A stretch of 47,338 bases of DNA from Archangiaceae bacterium. GTDB taxonomy: Bacteria; Myxococcota; Myxococcia; Myxococcales; Myxococcaceae. The stretch lies in the NCBI GenBank assembly GCA_043750125.1, contig JAYVCD010000066.1, forward strand, positions 1 to 47,338, in the 5' to 3' direction. The notes beneath the pieces are model-generated. The model was not told the DNA's origin. It saw only the letters and a program-made list of their open reading frames with translations, and did not search any database. Within the stretch, counting starts at the first letter, position 1. Every line of letters begins with the position of its first letter. Below are positions 26,810 through 37,342 of the stretch, piece by piece. The position numbers were made by a program, and so were the translations under genes.

Positions 26810-29137
26810 TCAAGCAAGTAGCAACTCGAGTGCCGCCGCAGCCGTCTGATCGCCCGCCAATGCGACCAGCCTCACCGAGTACCCGACGCCCTGGGCCTCG
26901 AGCAGCGCACACAGCCGCGCCGTCAGCCCGCGGGCCGGTTCCAGAGGAGTCTCGGGCAGCACCACCACCAACACTCCGTTCCCCAGGTGGCCCAACACAT
27001 CAGGGGTCCGCAGCTCGTTGCGAACGATCGCCGCGCAAGCCGCAGTTTTTTCCTTCGGAGGAATCGAAGGCTTGAGCACCGCGATGGTGAGCGGACGATC
27101 GTATCGATTGGACCGCGACAGCTCTTCTTCGAGACGGGTGACGACGCCGAGCTGATCGAACAGGCCGGTCGTGGGGTCGTTGCCCGGCTGAACCTGGGTC
27201 GTGGGCGAAGTCCGGCTGCGACCCAGGGCTGCGGTCACCCGGGTGAGCAGCTCTCGGGGCTCGAAGGTGCGCGGGAGCACGTCGATCGCTCCGACATTCA
27301 GGGCGCGCACCTTCTCGCCCAGATCCTTGTGCCCCGAGATCAGCATCAAGGGCAGCTTCGCAGTCTGGGGGTTGTCGGTCAGCGCCTTGATCGTCTGCAG
27401 CCCGTCGAGCTTGGGTAGAAACAGATCGATCAGCACCAGGTCCGGAAGCAGCGACAAGGCCTTGGCCACGGCCTCGGGTCCGTCTTTGGCCAGCTCGATG
27501 CGGTAGTGCCCGCGCAGCGACAACTGACACAGCTGCGAGACCTGCACATCATGCTCGGCGATCAACACCAGCGGAGCCCCGGTCCCTTCGGGCCGACCCA
27601 CCGGGGCCGGGGGCTCGAGCGGCAGCGTGAAGACGAAGGAAGTGCCTTTCGGGGTTCCCTTCTCGGCCCAGATCTCGCCTCCGTGAAGGCCGACGAAATC
27701 GCGGCAGATCGTCAACCCCAGCCCCATGTGGCCGAAGCGATCAAACATTCCCAACAGCTGTTCCTCTGGCAGACCCACCCCATCGTCCTCGACCACCACC
27801 CGGACCCGCGCCCCATCGAGCTGCCGCATCGGGGTGCAGCGCACCAGGACCCGGGTCGCTGCGATGGCGTGGGCGAAGGCGTTGGTGATCAGGTTCTGCA
27901 GCACCTGGCGCAACTTCAGCTCGTCGCCGAGGACATCGATGCTCATCGGCACTTCGGCTTGCAGCACCAGGTTGTGCTCGCGCGCGAGGATCTGCAGCTC
28001 TTCGACGGTGTCGGTGCAGACCAGCGAGAGGTCGAACACCCGCTTCTCGAGCTTCAGCGGCTGGCCGTCGGTGCGCGCCTTGTCGAGCAGACTCTCGACC
28101 AGCCCGAGGATCTTCTTTCCCATGCGCACCGTGGTCTCGACCGAAGGACGGTGAGCGTCTTTGAGATCCTTCGAGTCCAGCAACAGTCGCCCGTGCCCCA
28201 GCAGCACGTTCAGCGGCGCGCGCACATCGTGACTCACCAGCGCGAGCACGTCGTCTTTGAGCTTGTCGGCCGCCTTCAGCCGTCGGTTGGCCTCGCCCAG
28301 CTCGCGATACCGATCGAGGTACGCCGACTCGAGCGCACTGCGCTGACCCTGCAGCGACTCGTAGAGCCGGGTGTTGTACACCGAGCGGGAAACGGCTCCG
28401 GCGACGGCCGCGATGAAGTCACGATCGTCGTTCGACCACCCTCCGGAAGCTCGGCGCAGCAAGAACGCCCCCGCGACCTCGTCGGCATCCGCCAGGGGCT
28501 GGACCAGCGTTGCATCCGAATGAGAAGCGGTGCGGGTGGTGACCGCGTTGCGCATCGCCGGAGACAGCGCCAGGTCCACCGAGGTCTGGCTTCCGGTCAC
28601 CGGATCCAGCAGGCGCGATTGAACCGGAGGGCCCTCCTCGAAGATCAACACCGAGACCTGCTCACACGGCAGCACTTCTTTGAGCCGCAGGGCCGTGCGC
28701 ACCAGCAGCTGCTCGGCATCGCGCGAATCGCAGGCCAACCGGGTGATCTCGAGCAGCACTTCGAGGCGGTGGCGCGACAGCTCCTCTTTCCGCACCAGCT
28801 CTCGCGCCCGCAGCGCGATCACCAGCTTTCGTTCGAGCGCGACTGCCGAGCGCGCGACGCCATCGACTTCCAGCCCGCGCGCCGGCCGTCCGGACTCGGG
28901 GGCGTCGGCCAGAAACGGCACGCTTCGCAGCGTGGGCTGGGCCCGCAGCGTCGCGAGAATCCCGGGCGCCGGACCCCACGGACCGGTCAAGACCACCGCG
29001 TCCGGCTGCAGCGCAGCGGCCGCCGGCACCGCCTGTGCGCCGGACGCGGCGACGCAGACGTACCCCCGCTCTTCGAGCCGCCGGGCCACTTTGGCGGCGG
29101 GTCGGCCACCGACGATGAGGATGCGAAGCGCCGTCAC
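26810..29137 (-). CDS. sgmT: Hybrid histidine kinase: degenerate REC, GAF, HisKA/HATPase, REC, degenerate GGDEF (SgmT-like)
   Basis: H-box VSHDVRAPL, QVLQNLITNA, VEDDGVG, GLGLTIC, receiver PDLVLIDLFLPKLDG. The GGDEF-like tail has DPTTGLFD, I-site RTPD and degenerate GNGVL. Start uncertain (29137-29209). Confidence 0.85.
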   Translation of the reverse strand: MTALRILIVGGRPAAKVARRLEERGYVCVAASGAQAVPAAAALQPDAVVLTGPWGPAPGILATLRAQPTLRSVPFLADAPESGRPARGLEVDGVARSAVALERKLVIALRARELVRKEELSRHRLEVLLEITRLACDSRDAEQLLVRTALRLKEVLPCEQVSVLIFEEGPPVQSRLLDPVTGSQTSVDLALSPAMRNAVTTRTASHSDATLVQPLADADEVAGAFLLRRASGGWSNDDRDFIAAVAGAVSRSVYNTRLYESLQGQRSALESAYLDRYRELGEANRRLKAADKLKDDVLALVSHDVRAPLNVLLGHGRLLLDSKDLKDAHRPSVETTVRMGKKILGLVESLLDKARTDGQPLKLEKRVFDLSLVCTDTVEELQILAREHNLVLQAEVPMSIDVLGDELKLRQVLQNLITNAFAHAIAATRVLVRCTPMRQLDGARVRVVVEDDGVGLPEEQLLGMFDRFGHMGLGLTICRDFVGLHGGEIWAEKGTPKGTSFVFTLPLEPPAPVGRPEGTGAPLVLIAEHDVQVSQLCQLSLRGHYRIELAKDGPEAVAKALSLLPDLVLIDLFLPKLDGLQTIKALTDNPQTAKLPLMLISGHKDLGEKVRALNVGAIDVLPRTFEPRELLTRVTAALGRSRTSPTTQVQPGNDPTTGLFDQLGVVTRLEEELSRSNRYDRPLTIAVLKPSIPPKEKTAACAAIVRNELRTPDVLGHLGNGVLVVVLPETPLEPARGLTARLCALLEAQGVGYSVRLVALAGDQTAAAALELLLA

Positions 29138-29223
29138 TTGAGTCTCTGAGTATAACGAGCCCATGCGCGCCGTTCCCCCTTCGGTATAGTGCGCGCGCTT
29201 CGCCCCCACCTACACGAGACTTC

Positions 29224-31479
29224 ATGCGCTTACTCTTTGCTCTCGTCGGATGTTTGTTGCCTCTTGCTGCCGGTGCTCAGAACGAGTGGTCGAATTTCCC
29301 GGCTGCTCCACCGCCCGCCCGAGCCGTCGTTGACGCCGGCACCCCGGCCCCCCCGCCGGTCGCGACGCCGCCGGTGGTTCGACCCGCGCCCGTGGCCGTA
29401 CCTGCCCCGACACCCGCCCCGACGCGCAACGATGTCGCTCCCGCCCCTTCGCGGAACAACTTCGACCCCACCGCCAAGTCGCGGGTCGAAGAGCGCCTGA
29501 AGGCCGTCGAGTCCGGCCAGCCCGTCCCCACCCCGGCAACCGCCACTGGAAAAGCCGCGGCCGATGCCGCCCAACTTCCGATCGTCTCGAAGCGAGAAGA
29601 ATTTCTCCCCGGCACTGAGCCGCACAGCGACGCCACCTACAACAACGACTTCACCGATCCTTCCAACGCGCGCGTCACCGTCGGCAGCGTCGGAGTCGGG
29701 GTGCTCCACACGTCCAGCGCGAAACTTGGGCCCAAGGGGATCCTCCGGTTCTCGATGCTGGGCGAATACTTCAACCAGAACGACTTCCCGGTGCTCAACG
29801 CGACCAACATCCGCTCAGGCGGAACATTCGCGGTTTCGTTCCAGCCTTTCACCTGGGGTGAGCTGTTCATCGGCTACGGCGCGGCTGCGAATACCAACAA
29901 CCGGACCGCGCCGAATCTGATTCAGGCCCTGGGAGATCTGACCATCGGGATCAAGGCCGCGAAGGAATTCGCCAACGGCTTCTGGGCGGGAGCCGACCTG
30001 CGGCTGCTGACTTTCTCGGCCGTCGGCAACCAGTCGGTCGATCGCTGGGCGGTGGGCTTCAAGCCCCGGCTGATCGCGGCCTACGATTTCCGGGCGCTGA
30101 CTCCGAAATTGCCCGCGATTTTTCACTTCAACATCGGGTTCACCATCGACAACAGCGGGGGCCTGCTCAACACCACCAAGCCCAACGCGTCAGAAGAGTT
30201 CGCCCTCAGTCTCAATCGCTTCAATCGCTTCAACCTCGGCTTCGCCCTCGAGGCCCCGCTGCCCTGGGTCACCCCGTACATCGAGTACCAGTTGGCGCTT
30301 CCGCTGGGCGTTCCCAACGGCCAGCTCGATGGGCCGAACGCCGCGAAGGTCGAGATCGCCGCGGCGATGCCCCAGTCGATTGGGTTGGGCCTCAAGCTCA
30401 CCGCGATCAAAGATTTGACCGTGCTGTTTGGAGTCGACCTCGGCCTGATTCGTTCGGTCGGCCTGGGCGTCCCGGCCACTCCTCCGTGGAACTTCCTGCT
30501 CGGGGCCTCGTTCAACATCGACCCGTTCCAGCGCGGCGAGACGAAGATCGTCGAGACCATTCGGGAACGCACGCTCGAGAAGAAGGTCGCCGAGGCGCCG
30601 AAGACCGGAAAGGTCGAAGGCACCGTCGTCGACGCCGACACCAAGAAGCCCATTCCCGGAGTGATCGTCGCGATGATTGGCGCCGGCCTGCCCCCCGTCG
30701 CCTCGGATGCACCGAGCGGAAAGTTTCTCACCCACGAGCTGCCCGTGGGCCCGGTGAAGCTGCGCGCCTCGCGCGATGGCTACAAAGAGATCGAGCAGGA
30801 ACTGAAAATCGAATCGGGAAAGAATTCGAAGGTCGAGCTCGTGCTCCAGTCGGAAGTGAAGAAGGGCACCTTTGATCTGAGCGTGACTTCGAAGAAGAAG
30901 CCGATCACCTCGACGGTCGCCTTCATCGGGCCCACCCAGCAGTCGGCGGCCACCACCGAAGCGGTCAAAGATCCGGTCAAGGTCGAGGTCCCCGCCGGCA
31001 CCTACATCGTCAACGTCACTGGCCCCGGTTACCTCGCGCAAACCCGCGAAGTGCAGATCCCTCCCGGGGGGCAGATGGCACTGGTGTTCGACCTCGCCGC
31101 CGCGCCGAAGAAGCTGTTGGTGGTCTTCAAGGACGACAAGATCGAGATCCTCCAACAGGTCCATTTCGAGTTCGGCAAGGCGACGATCCTCGGCGACAGC
31201 TACTCGCTGCTCGACCAGGTGGTCGATGCGATCGTGGCCAACAACGTCAAGCGGATCCGGGTCGAAGGTCACACCGACAACAAGGGCGGCAAAGAAAAGA
31301 ATCAGAAGCTGTCGGAAGACCGCGCCAAGTCGGTGTCCGACTACCTGAGCTCGAAGGGCATCGATAAGGCCCGGCTGGAATCAGTAGGCTTCGGCGACAT
31401 CAAGCCGGTTGCACCGAACCTGACCGCCAAGGGCCGTGAGCTGAACCGACGAGTCGAGTTCATCGTCGTCGAGAGGTAA
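29224..31479 (+). CDS. OmpA family outer-membrane protein (Pro-rich N-terminus, beta-barrel, carboxypeptidase-regulatory-like domains, OmpA C-terminal domain)
   Basis: Signal peptide; GTVVDADTKKPIPG; VHFEFGKATI, RVEGHTDNKG, NQKLSEDRAKSV, NRRVEF. Confidence 0.92.
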   Translation: MRLLFALVGCLLPLAAGAQNEWSNFPAAPPPARAVVDAGTPAPPPVATPPVVRPAPVAVPAPTPAPTRNDVAPAPSRNNFDPTAKSRVEERLKAVESGQPVPTPATATGKAAADAAQLPIVSKREEFLPGTEPHSDATYNNDFTDPSNARVTVGSVGVGVLHTSSAKLGPKGILRFSMLGEYFNQNDFPVLNATNIRSGGTFAVSFQPFTWGELFIGYGAAANTNNRTAPNLIQALGDLTIGIKAAKEFANGFWAGADLRLLTFSAVGNQSVDRWAVGFKPRLIAAYDFRALTPKLPAIFHFNIGFTIDNSGGLLNTTKPNASEEFALSLNRFNRFNLGFALEAPLPWVTPYIEYQLALPLGVPNGQLDGPNAAKVEIAAAMPQSIGLGLKLTAIKDLTVLFGVDLGLIRSVGLGVPATPPWNFLLGASFNIDPFQRGETKIVETIRERTLEKKVAEAPKTGKVEGTVVDADTKKPIPGVIVAMIGAGLPPVASDAPSGKFLTHELPVGPVKLRASRDGYKEIEQELKIESGKNSKVELVLQSEVKKGTFDLSVTSKKKPITSTVAFIGPTQQSAATTEAVKDPVKVEVPAGTYIVNVTGPGYLAQTREVQIPPGGQMALVFDLAAAPKKLLVVFKDDKIEILQQVHFEFGKATILGDSYSLLDQVVDAIVANNVKRIRVEGHTDNKGGKEKNQKLSEDRAKSVSDYLSSKGIDKARLESVGFGDIKPVAPNLTAKGRELNRRVEFIVVER

Positions 31480-31481
31480 CA

Positions 31482-33107
31482 ATGGCCCGATCGTGCGCAG
31501 TGCTCCTCACGACCGCTCTCGTGTGCACAGCGTGCTCCAGCAGTGGGAGCAGCACCGGAGGGATGAAGGACCCACCGCAGGTCTTCCTCACCGCGCTCGA
31601 GTCGACGATCATCGCCCCCACGCTCAAGGTGAGGGCGAATGTCTCGGGCTGCGTGAAGGTCCGGGGAATCGAAATCTTCAACGACAAGAAGCTTTTGATT
31701 TCCTACGAGAGCCCCTCGAAGTTGCCGTTCGACATCGAGCTGCCGCCCAGCCTCTTCAGCCCGCTGTACCAGACGCTTGGAATCGCGCTGCAGCTCAACT
31801 TGAAGGCCCGGGGGGTTTGCGACGACGGCCGCGAGAGCCTGTCGACCGGGTTGGGGTTGAGCTTCTTTCCGGTCGAGAGCGTGACGGTTCCCACCGGGCT
31901 CAACGTGACGGCGCTTCCCGACGCGTTCATCGCTGAGGGAGGCGTGGGCAGCACCCCCACCACCTTCATCGGCTGCGTGGGCACGGCGTCCGGCCCCGCA
32001 CTGGCGCGCTTTGATACCGCGGCCAACGTAGTGAACTTGAACCAGTCGCTGCCCTTCGCGTGCACCTACAACTCGGTGATCAGCGAGAAGAACAAGGCCA
32101 CCGGGGTTCGCTGGCTGATCGAGCCGGGGGTCGGAGTGTTCGCGTTCGACTCGCAGCCCAGCTCTTCGCTCAACATCAGCACTTCCCAGATGGGCGTCAT
32201 TCCCAACATGGGCGTCGGCCCCGACGGAGATGCCTTGATCTGGGACTCGAAGGCTGTCGCGGCAAAAAACTTCTATCGGATCCCGAAGACGGGGGGCGCG
32301 AACGCGACTCCAGTCTGGGCGACCCAGGTGCAGGGGATCATGGCGGGAACCCCGGTGGTCAGCCTGAACGAAGTGCGGGTGATCATGTGGCGCGGGATGC
32401 TCGGCCAGTTCTTCGGGACGATGGTGGTGATGCGGTTCAACTACGCCACCGGTTCCTTCATCAGCGAAAGTGCCCTGGCGACCATCGAGTACGGCGAGCT
32501 CAACGCCCCGATCATTCCGGCGGCGGCCTTCAACGCCAGCGGAACCCTGGTGTACTTCGCCTTTCAGAACAACGGCGGCACCCACACCACGTCCCAGGTC
32601 ATCGCCTGCGCCAGCGACAGCACGACCGGTTGCATCACCGGCGGCGCATCCAGCTGGATCAGCCCCCTGCTCGATGCGGTCGTGGTCGCTGCGGTCCCAT
32701 TCGGCAACGGCGGGCTGATCGCCGCGATCGCGGGGAAGAAGACCTTCTTCCTTGCAGCTGCGACCGGGAAGGTCGTCAACGTCTTCGACTCGCCGATCAA
32801 GCCCAGCGGCAGCCTGGTGACGATGGGCGCCCAACCCGGAAATGGAAATGACTTCTACCTGCTCAACGGTCCGGTCGGTGCCGGCTACCCCACCGAGATC
32901 ATCGCGATCGACAGCCCCCAGAACGGCGAGCTGTGGCGGGTGCAAATCGAAGGCGGACAAACCCCGCTGACTGCGATGAACATCGCGATCGACGATGGCA
33001 ACAACGCCTGGCTGCGCGTGGGGCCCAACATGGTCCGCCCCAGCACCCTGACCCAGTACCGCACCCAGAAAGGCACCAATCTTCAGCCCCCGGACGGCGG
33101 CGAGTAA
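31482..33107 (+). CDS. Lipoprotein, probable beta-propeller, unknown function
   Basis: Lipobox VCTAC-SSSG; beta-rich sequence with WATQVQG and ELWRVQIEG motifs; starts 2 nt after the OmpA gene. Confidence 0.75.
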   Translation: MARSCAVLLTTALVCTACSSSGSSTGGMKDPPQVFLTALESTIIAPTLKVRANVSGCVKVRGIEIFNDKKLLISYESPSKLPFDIELPPSLFSPLYQTLGIALQLNLKARGVCDDGRESLSTGLGLSFFPVESVTVPTGLNVTALPDAFIAEGGVGSTPTTFIGCVGTASGPALARFDTAANVVNLNQSLPFACTYNSVISEKNKATGVRWLIEPGVGVFAFDSQPSSSLNISTSQMGVIPNMGVGPDGDALIWDSKAVAAKNFYRIPKTGGANATPVWATQVQGIMAGTPVVSLNEVRVIMWRGMLGQFFGTMVVMRFNYATGSFISESALATIEYGELNAPIIPAAAFNASGTLVYFAFQNNGGTHTTSQVIACASDSTTGCITGGASSWISPLLDAVVVAAVPFGNGGLIAAIAGKKTFFLAAATGKVVNVFDSPIKPSGSLVTMGAQPGNGNDFYLLNGPVGAGYPTEIIAIDSPQNGELWRVQIEGGQTPLTAMNIAIDDGNNAWLRVGPNMVRPSTLTQYRTQKGTNLQPPDGGE

Positions 33108-33119
33108 TGGACCCTGCGT

Positions 33120-33992
33120 TCAGCCCTTCGAGCGGGCGCGCGCAACCTGAGCCTTGGTGTACGAGTCGGTAATCTCGCGCACCAAAGCGAAGTGTTCATC
33201 AGACGATCGCACCTCGCACAACTCCAGGTTGAGCCAAGTGGCGTCTGCACTGAGCACCCGCGGGCAAGGCTGACTTGCCTCCAACCCCAGCCGGGCGATC
33301 ACCCCTGCCAACGGCCGCGCTTCGATTGAAAAGCTGTTGTCTGTAAGGCCCGAGAGCTCGACCGGGACTCGCTCCAAGACCGCCTCGAAGTCCGCCGACG
33401 AGACCTCGAACCACATTCCGATTCGGAACTCTTCGCCGCCCAGCACCGGCAGCGGAAGCAGCGCGCGCACGAACCGGCGTTCTTCGAGTCGTGCGAAGTT
33501 CTCGTTGATCTGGCGCTCGCCGCGCGGAACCGGAAGCAACGCATCGGGAAGTCGAAAGCTGAAGTCGAGCGCCTGGCGGGTCGCTTCCGTCGGGCCGGCC
33601 AGGTGAATCGCCGCATCGGGGCTGTTGAACAGCAGCACGTCGAGCAGCCCGAACATCGCCGCCAGCCGCCCCTCGTCGGTAGGCACGCCCGGTCGAAAGC
33701 CTTTGAGCAGACCCGACTCGACCGCGGCCACGGGTTGATAAGAGGTAGGCCCACCTTCGAAGGCAAAGGCCCACGCCGCACAGTCGGTCTGCAGCAGCGG
33801 TCCCCGCAGCCCGACCAGCACCCGGCGTTGTCCCTGCTCGTGCACGCAACCCGCCTCGAACGCGTGACTTCCTTCAGGGCCGGAAATCGCTCCTTCCAAC
33901 CAGGGCAACTGCAGCCGGCAACCACAAGGGCAGGTTCGGCGCTCGCGCGTCGCGATGTTCAGCCGATGGGTCCTTCGGAAGTCGTCGGCCAT
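33120..33992 (-). CDS. Hypothetical protein with C-terminal DUF2199-like domain
   Basis: FSFRLPD...RRFVRALLPLPV...FRIGMWFEVSSADF resembles DUF2199; N-terminal CPCGC; ATG 33992 just after the tlyA stop. Confidence 0.6.
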   Translation of the reverse strand: MADDFRRTHRLNIATRERRTCPCGCRLQLPWLEGAISGPEGSHAFEAGCVHEQGQRRVLVGLRGPLLQTDCAAWAFAFEGGPTSYQPVAAVESGLLKGFRPGVPTDEGRLAAMFGLLDVLLFNSPDAAIHLAGPTEATRQALDFSFRLPDALLPVPRGERQINENFARLEERRFVRALLPLPVLGGEEFRIGMWFEVSSADFEAVLERVPVELSGLTDNSFSIEARPLAGVIARLGLEASQPCPRVLSADATWLNLELCEVRSSDEHFALVREITDSYTKAQVARARSKG

Positions 33993-33996
33993 CTTC

Positions 33997-34731
33997 TTAA
34001 GGTTTCCGAGCGACCAGCAGCGCCTCGACGTTCCCCGCCGGCCCCGGAAGCGGGGAATCAATCCACCCTAGCTCCCGCAGCCCTGCCCCGGTCACGAAGG
34101 CACGAATGTCGTCGATCACCTCGGCTCGGGCAGCCGCGTCACGCACCACCCCTCCCTTCTCGATCCGATCGAAGCCCACTTCGAACTGCGGCTTCACCAG
34201 GGCAATCAACAAGCCGCCGGGTTTGATCTTCGGCAGCACCGCGGGCAGCACCAGCTTTAGCGAAATGAAGCTCACGTCGATCACCAGCACGTCGACGCTC
34301 TCGGGCAGATCCGCGTCGGTGAGGTGTCGCGCGTTGACCCGTTCGCGAGAAATCACCTGCGGGTTCTGGCGCAGCTTCTCGTGAAGTTGCGCGCGGCCTA
34401 CGTCAATCGCGTGCACCCGCAGGGCGCCTTCCTGCAGCAGGCAATCGGTGAACCCCCCGGTGCTGGCCCCGATGTCCGCGCAGACCGCCCCCTTCACATC
34501 GAGCTTGAAGTGATCAATCGCGCCCTTGAGCTTCAACCCTCCGCGAGACACGTAGGGCAGCACTTCGCCCTTGAGCCGCAGCTCGATTTCCACCGGTACG
34601 CGCACTCCCGGCTTGTCGACGCGCTGGTCTCCAGCCACGACCATTCCCGCCAGGATCAAGGCCTGGGCGCGGGTGCGTGAATCGGCCAGGCCGCGCTCGA
34701 CCAGCAGCACGTCGACCCGCTCCTTTCTCAT
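33997..34731 (-). CDS. tlyA: TlyA family rRNA methyltransferase
   Basis: S4 domain, YVSRGGLKL, DIGASTGGFTDCLLQ, DVSFISL, LVKPQFE, GPAGNVE. Confidence 0.95.
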   Translation of the reverse strand: MRKERVDVLLVERGLADSRTRAQALILAGMVVAGDQRVDKPGVRVPVEIELRLKGEVLPYVSRGGLKLKGAIDHFKLDVKGAVCADIGASTGGFTDCLLQEGALRVHAIDVGRAQLHEKLRQNPQVISRERVNARHLTDADLPESVDVLVIDVSFISLKLVLPAVLPKIKPGGLLIALVKPQFEVGFDRIEKGGVVRDAAARAEVIDDIRAFVTGAGLRELGWIDSPLPGPAGNVEALLVARKP

Positions 34732-36452
34732 TTCAACAACTCGAGCGCCGCGCGTTCCAACCCCGCAGCATCCAGACCCAGCTGGGCCCGCTGCAGTCGC
34801 GCTTCGCCATGGGGCACAAACCGGTCGCCTGGCATTCCCAGGGTCGCGACCCGGGTGCCCAGACGGCGAGCCGCGAGCAGCTCGAGCACCGCGCCCCCCA
34901 GGCCCCCGCGCACGGTCCCCTCTTCCACCGTCACCACCGCGCCCTGCCCCGCTGCCTCGATCACCTTGGCCTCATCGAGCGGAGCGGCGTACCTTGCATC
35001 GAGCACCGACCACGATGGGTGGGCGCGCGCAGCCTCCAGCGCCGCCATCGCGATCGGACCGAGCGTCACGAAAGTGAGTGTGGGGTTCGGTGCCTTCACC
35101 AGCCACCGCGCCCCTGCCGAGGATCCAGGGACAATCGCAACGGGCTCCGGCAGCGTGCCTCGTGGAAAGCGAATCGCAAAAGGCCCCGGGCTCGCCAACC
35201 CTGCGCCCAACAACCCGTCGAAGTCCTCACCCCACACCGCAGCGGCCACCGTCATTCCAGGCAACGCGCGCAGAAAAGAAATGTCGTAGGCGCCCTGGTG
35301 GGTGGCTCCGTCCGCGCCCACCACTCCGGCGCGATCGATCGCAAACACCACCGGCAGCCCGGGCAGCGCCACGTCGTGAACCAGCTGGTCGTACGCCCGC
35401 TGCAGAAACGTCGAATAGATGATGCACACCGGCCGGGCTCCGGCGTGGGCCAGCCCGGCACAAAAGGCGACCGCGTGCTGCTCGGCGATGCCCACGTCGA
35501 ACACCCGCTCGGGAAACCGGGCCTTCAAGGCGACCAGCGCCGAGCCTTCGAGCATCGCGGGAGTGACCGCCACCACCAACGGATTGCGTTCCATCGCGCG
35601 CTCGAGGCTCGCCACGAAAGCCTCGCTGAACGTCGGCTGCCCTGCCCGCGAACGCACCAGCTTCCCATCGCGCAGCTCGTACGGGCCCATCGCATGCCCA
35701 CGCGTCCGCCCATCGTCCTCTGCCGGACCAAAGCCCCGTCCTTTTTGGGTCCTCACGTGCAGCACCGCGGGCCTCGGTGACTTGTAGAGCCGGCGGGTCC
35801 CCTCGAGCAGCTCGGGCAACGCATGACCGTCGACCGGCCCCAGCCAGGTGAAGCCCAGCGCTTCGAAGAACGCCCGCGAGTGCTCGCCCAACATGCGCGG
35901 CACCGCTCCGACGTTCTGCGAAATGCTCATTCCATTGTCGTTGAGGACGATCTTCAAGGGCAGCGGCCCGTAGCCGGCGTTGTTCAGCCCTTCGAACGTG
36001 AGCCCGCCGGTCAGCGCCCCGTCCCCCACCACGGCCACCACCTGCCCCGGCTGGGCGGCGAGGCGCTTGGCGGCCAGAATTCCCAGGCTCACCGACACGG
36101 CGGTACACGCGTGGCCAGCTCCGAAGGCATCGTGCTCGCTTTCGGAAGGGTCAAGGAAAGGCGCAATTCCCCCCGCCTGCCGCAGCGTCCCCATTCGGGG
36201 GCCCCGACCGGTGAGGAGCTTGTGCGCATACGCCTGGTGCCCCACGTCAAAGACGATCCGGTCCACGGGCGATTTGAAGGTGCGGTGCAAGGCGACGATC
36301 AGCTCGACCGCCCCCAGCGAGGCGCCCAGGTGCCCGCCCACCTGCGCACAGATTTCGATGATCTGCGCACGCAATTGATCGCACAGGGCGGGCAGCTGAT
36401 CTTCGGCCAGCGCGCGCACCGCCGCAGGAGATTCGACCCGCCCAACGCTCAA
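34728..36452 (-). CDS. dxs: 1-deoxy-D-xylulose-5-phosphate synthase
   Basis: GGHLGASLG, FDVGHQAYAHK, GDGALTGG...NDN, DVGIAEQHAV, YSTFLQRAYDQ, DGATHQG. Confidence 0.96.
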   Translation of the reverse strand: MSVGRVESPAAVRALAEDQLPALCDQLRAQIIEICAQVGGHLGASLGAVELIVALHRTFKSPVDRIVFDVGHQAYAHKLLTGRGPRMGTLRQAGGIAPFLDPSESEHDAFGAGHACTAVSVSLGILAAKRLAAQPGQVVAVVGDGALTGGLTFEGLNNAGYGPLPLKIVLNDNGMSISQNVGAVPRMLGEHSRAFFEALGFTWLGPVDGHALPELLEGTRRLYKSPRPAVLHVRTQKGRGFGPAEDDGRTRGHAMGPYELRDGKLVRSRAGQPTFSEAFVASLERAMERNPLVVAVTPAMLEGSALVALKARFPERVFDVGIAEQHAVAFCAGLAHAGARPVCIIYSTFLQRAYDQLVHDVALPGLPVVFAIDRAGVVGADGATHQGAYDISFLRALPGMTVAAAVWGEDFDGLLGAGLASPGPFAIRFPRGTLPEPVAIVPGSSAGARWLVKAPNPTLTFVTLGPIAMAALEAARAHPSWSVLDARYAAPLDEAKVIEAAGQGAVVTVEEGTVRGGLGGAVLELLAARRLGTRVATLGMPGDRFVPHGEARLQRAQLGLDAAGLERAALELLK

Positions 36453-37342
36453 TGCGTCCGCTCCACCGTGTACATCGCGAGCGCCGAAAGCGGTCCCGCC
36501 TGCGGCTCGAGCGCCCGCGCTGCCACCAGGGCGATCTGCACGTTCTCCTGCGCGAGCTGCCGCGATCGCTCGAGTCCGACGACCGCGGGGAACGTGTATC
36601 GGCCCGCGTCCGCATCGGCCTTGGTCGGCTTGCCCATCTGCTCGGGCGTGGCCGTCACATCGAGAACGTCGTCGGCGATCTGAAACGCCAGCCCAATGGC
36701 TTCCCCGTAGACCTCTGCCGCTTTCAACGCCGCGGAGCTTCCGCCGGCGGCCAGCACGCCCAACCGGCAGGAGGCCTTGAGCAGCGCACCGGTCTTCAAG
36801 CGGTGCAGACGCACCAGGTATTCGAGCTCAGCGGGGCGATCGGTCGCGATGTCCAACACCTGGCCACCAATCATTCCCCCGCCTCCTGCGGCCAACGCCA
36901 GCTCGCAGACCAACTGCGCGCGCACCGCGGGTTGCTCTCCGACCGCGACCGTCGCGAGCGCATCGGTCAGCAGCGCGTCGCCCACTAAAATCGCCATCGC
37001 CTCGCCAAACATCTTGTGGCTGGTCGGCCGACCCCGGCGCAGATCGTCGTCGTCCATCGCCGGCAAGTCGTCGTGCACCAGCGAGTAGGTGTGAATCATC
37101 TCGACCGCGCACGCGGCATCATTCGCCGGCGCCCCGCCCCCGTTTCGCCCCGCCGCATCGGCGAAGGTCAGGACCAGCACCGGTCGAAGCCGTTTTCCTC
37201 CCGCCAACAGCGAGTACCGCATCGCCTCAGCCAGCTTCGGCGGCGTTCGCGCCGACAACGCGTCCATTCGGGAGGCCAGCAGCCCCTCGACCCGGGCCTG
37301 CTGCGCCTTGAGCCACGCTTCGAAGTTGAAAGGCGTGGTCAT
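36449..37342 (-). CDS. ispA: Polyprenyl (farnesyl/geranyl) diphosphate synthase
   Basis: [39 protein letters not shown]. Confidence 0.93.
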   Translation of the reverse strand: MTTPFNFEAWLKAQQARVEGLLASRMDALSARTPPKLAEAMRYSLLAGGKRLRPVLVLTFADAAGRNGGGAPANDAACAVEMIHTYSLVHDDLPAMDDDDLRRGRPTSHKMFGEAMAILVGDALLTDALATVAVGEQPAVRAQLVCELALAAGGGGMIGGQVLDIATDRPAELEYLVRLHRLKTGALLKASCRLGVLAAGGSSAALKAAEVYGEAIGLAFQIADDVLDVTATPEQMGKPTKADADAGRYTFPAVVGLERSRQLAQENVQIALVAARALEPQAGPLSALAMYTVERTH

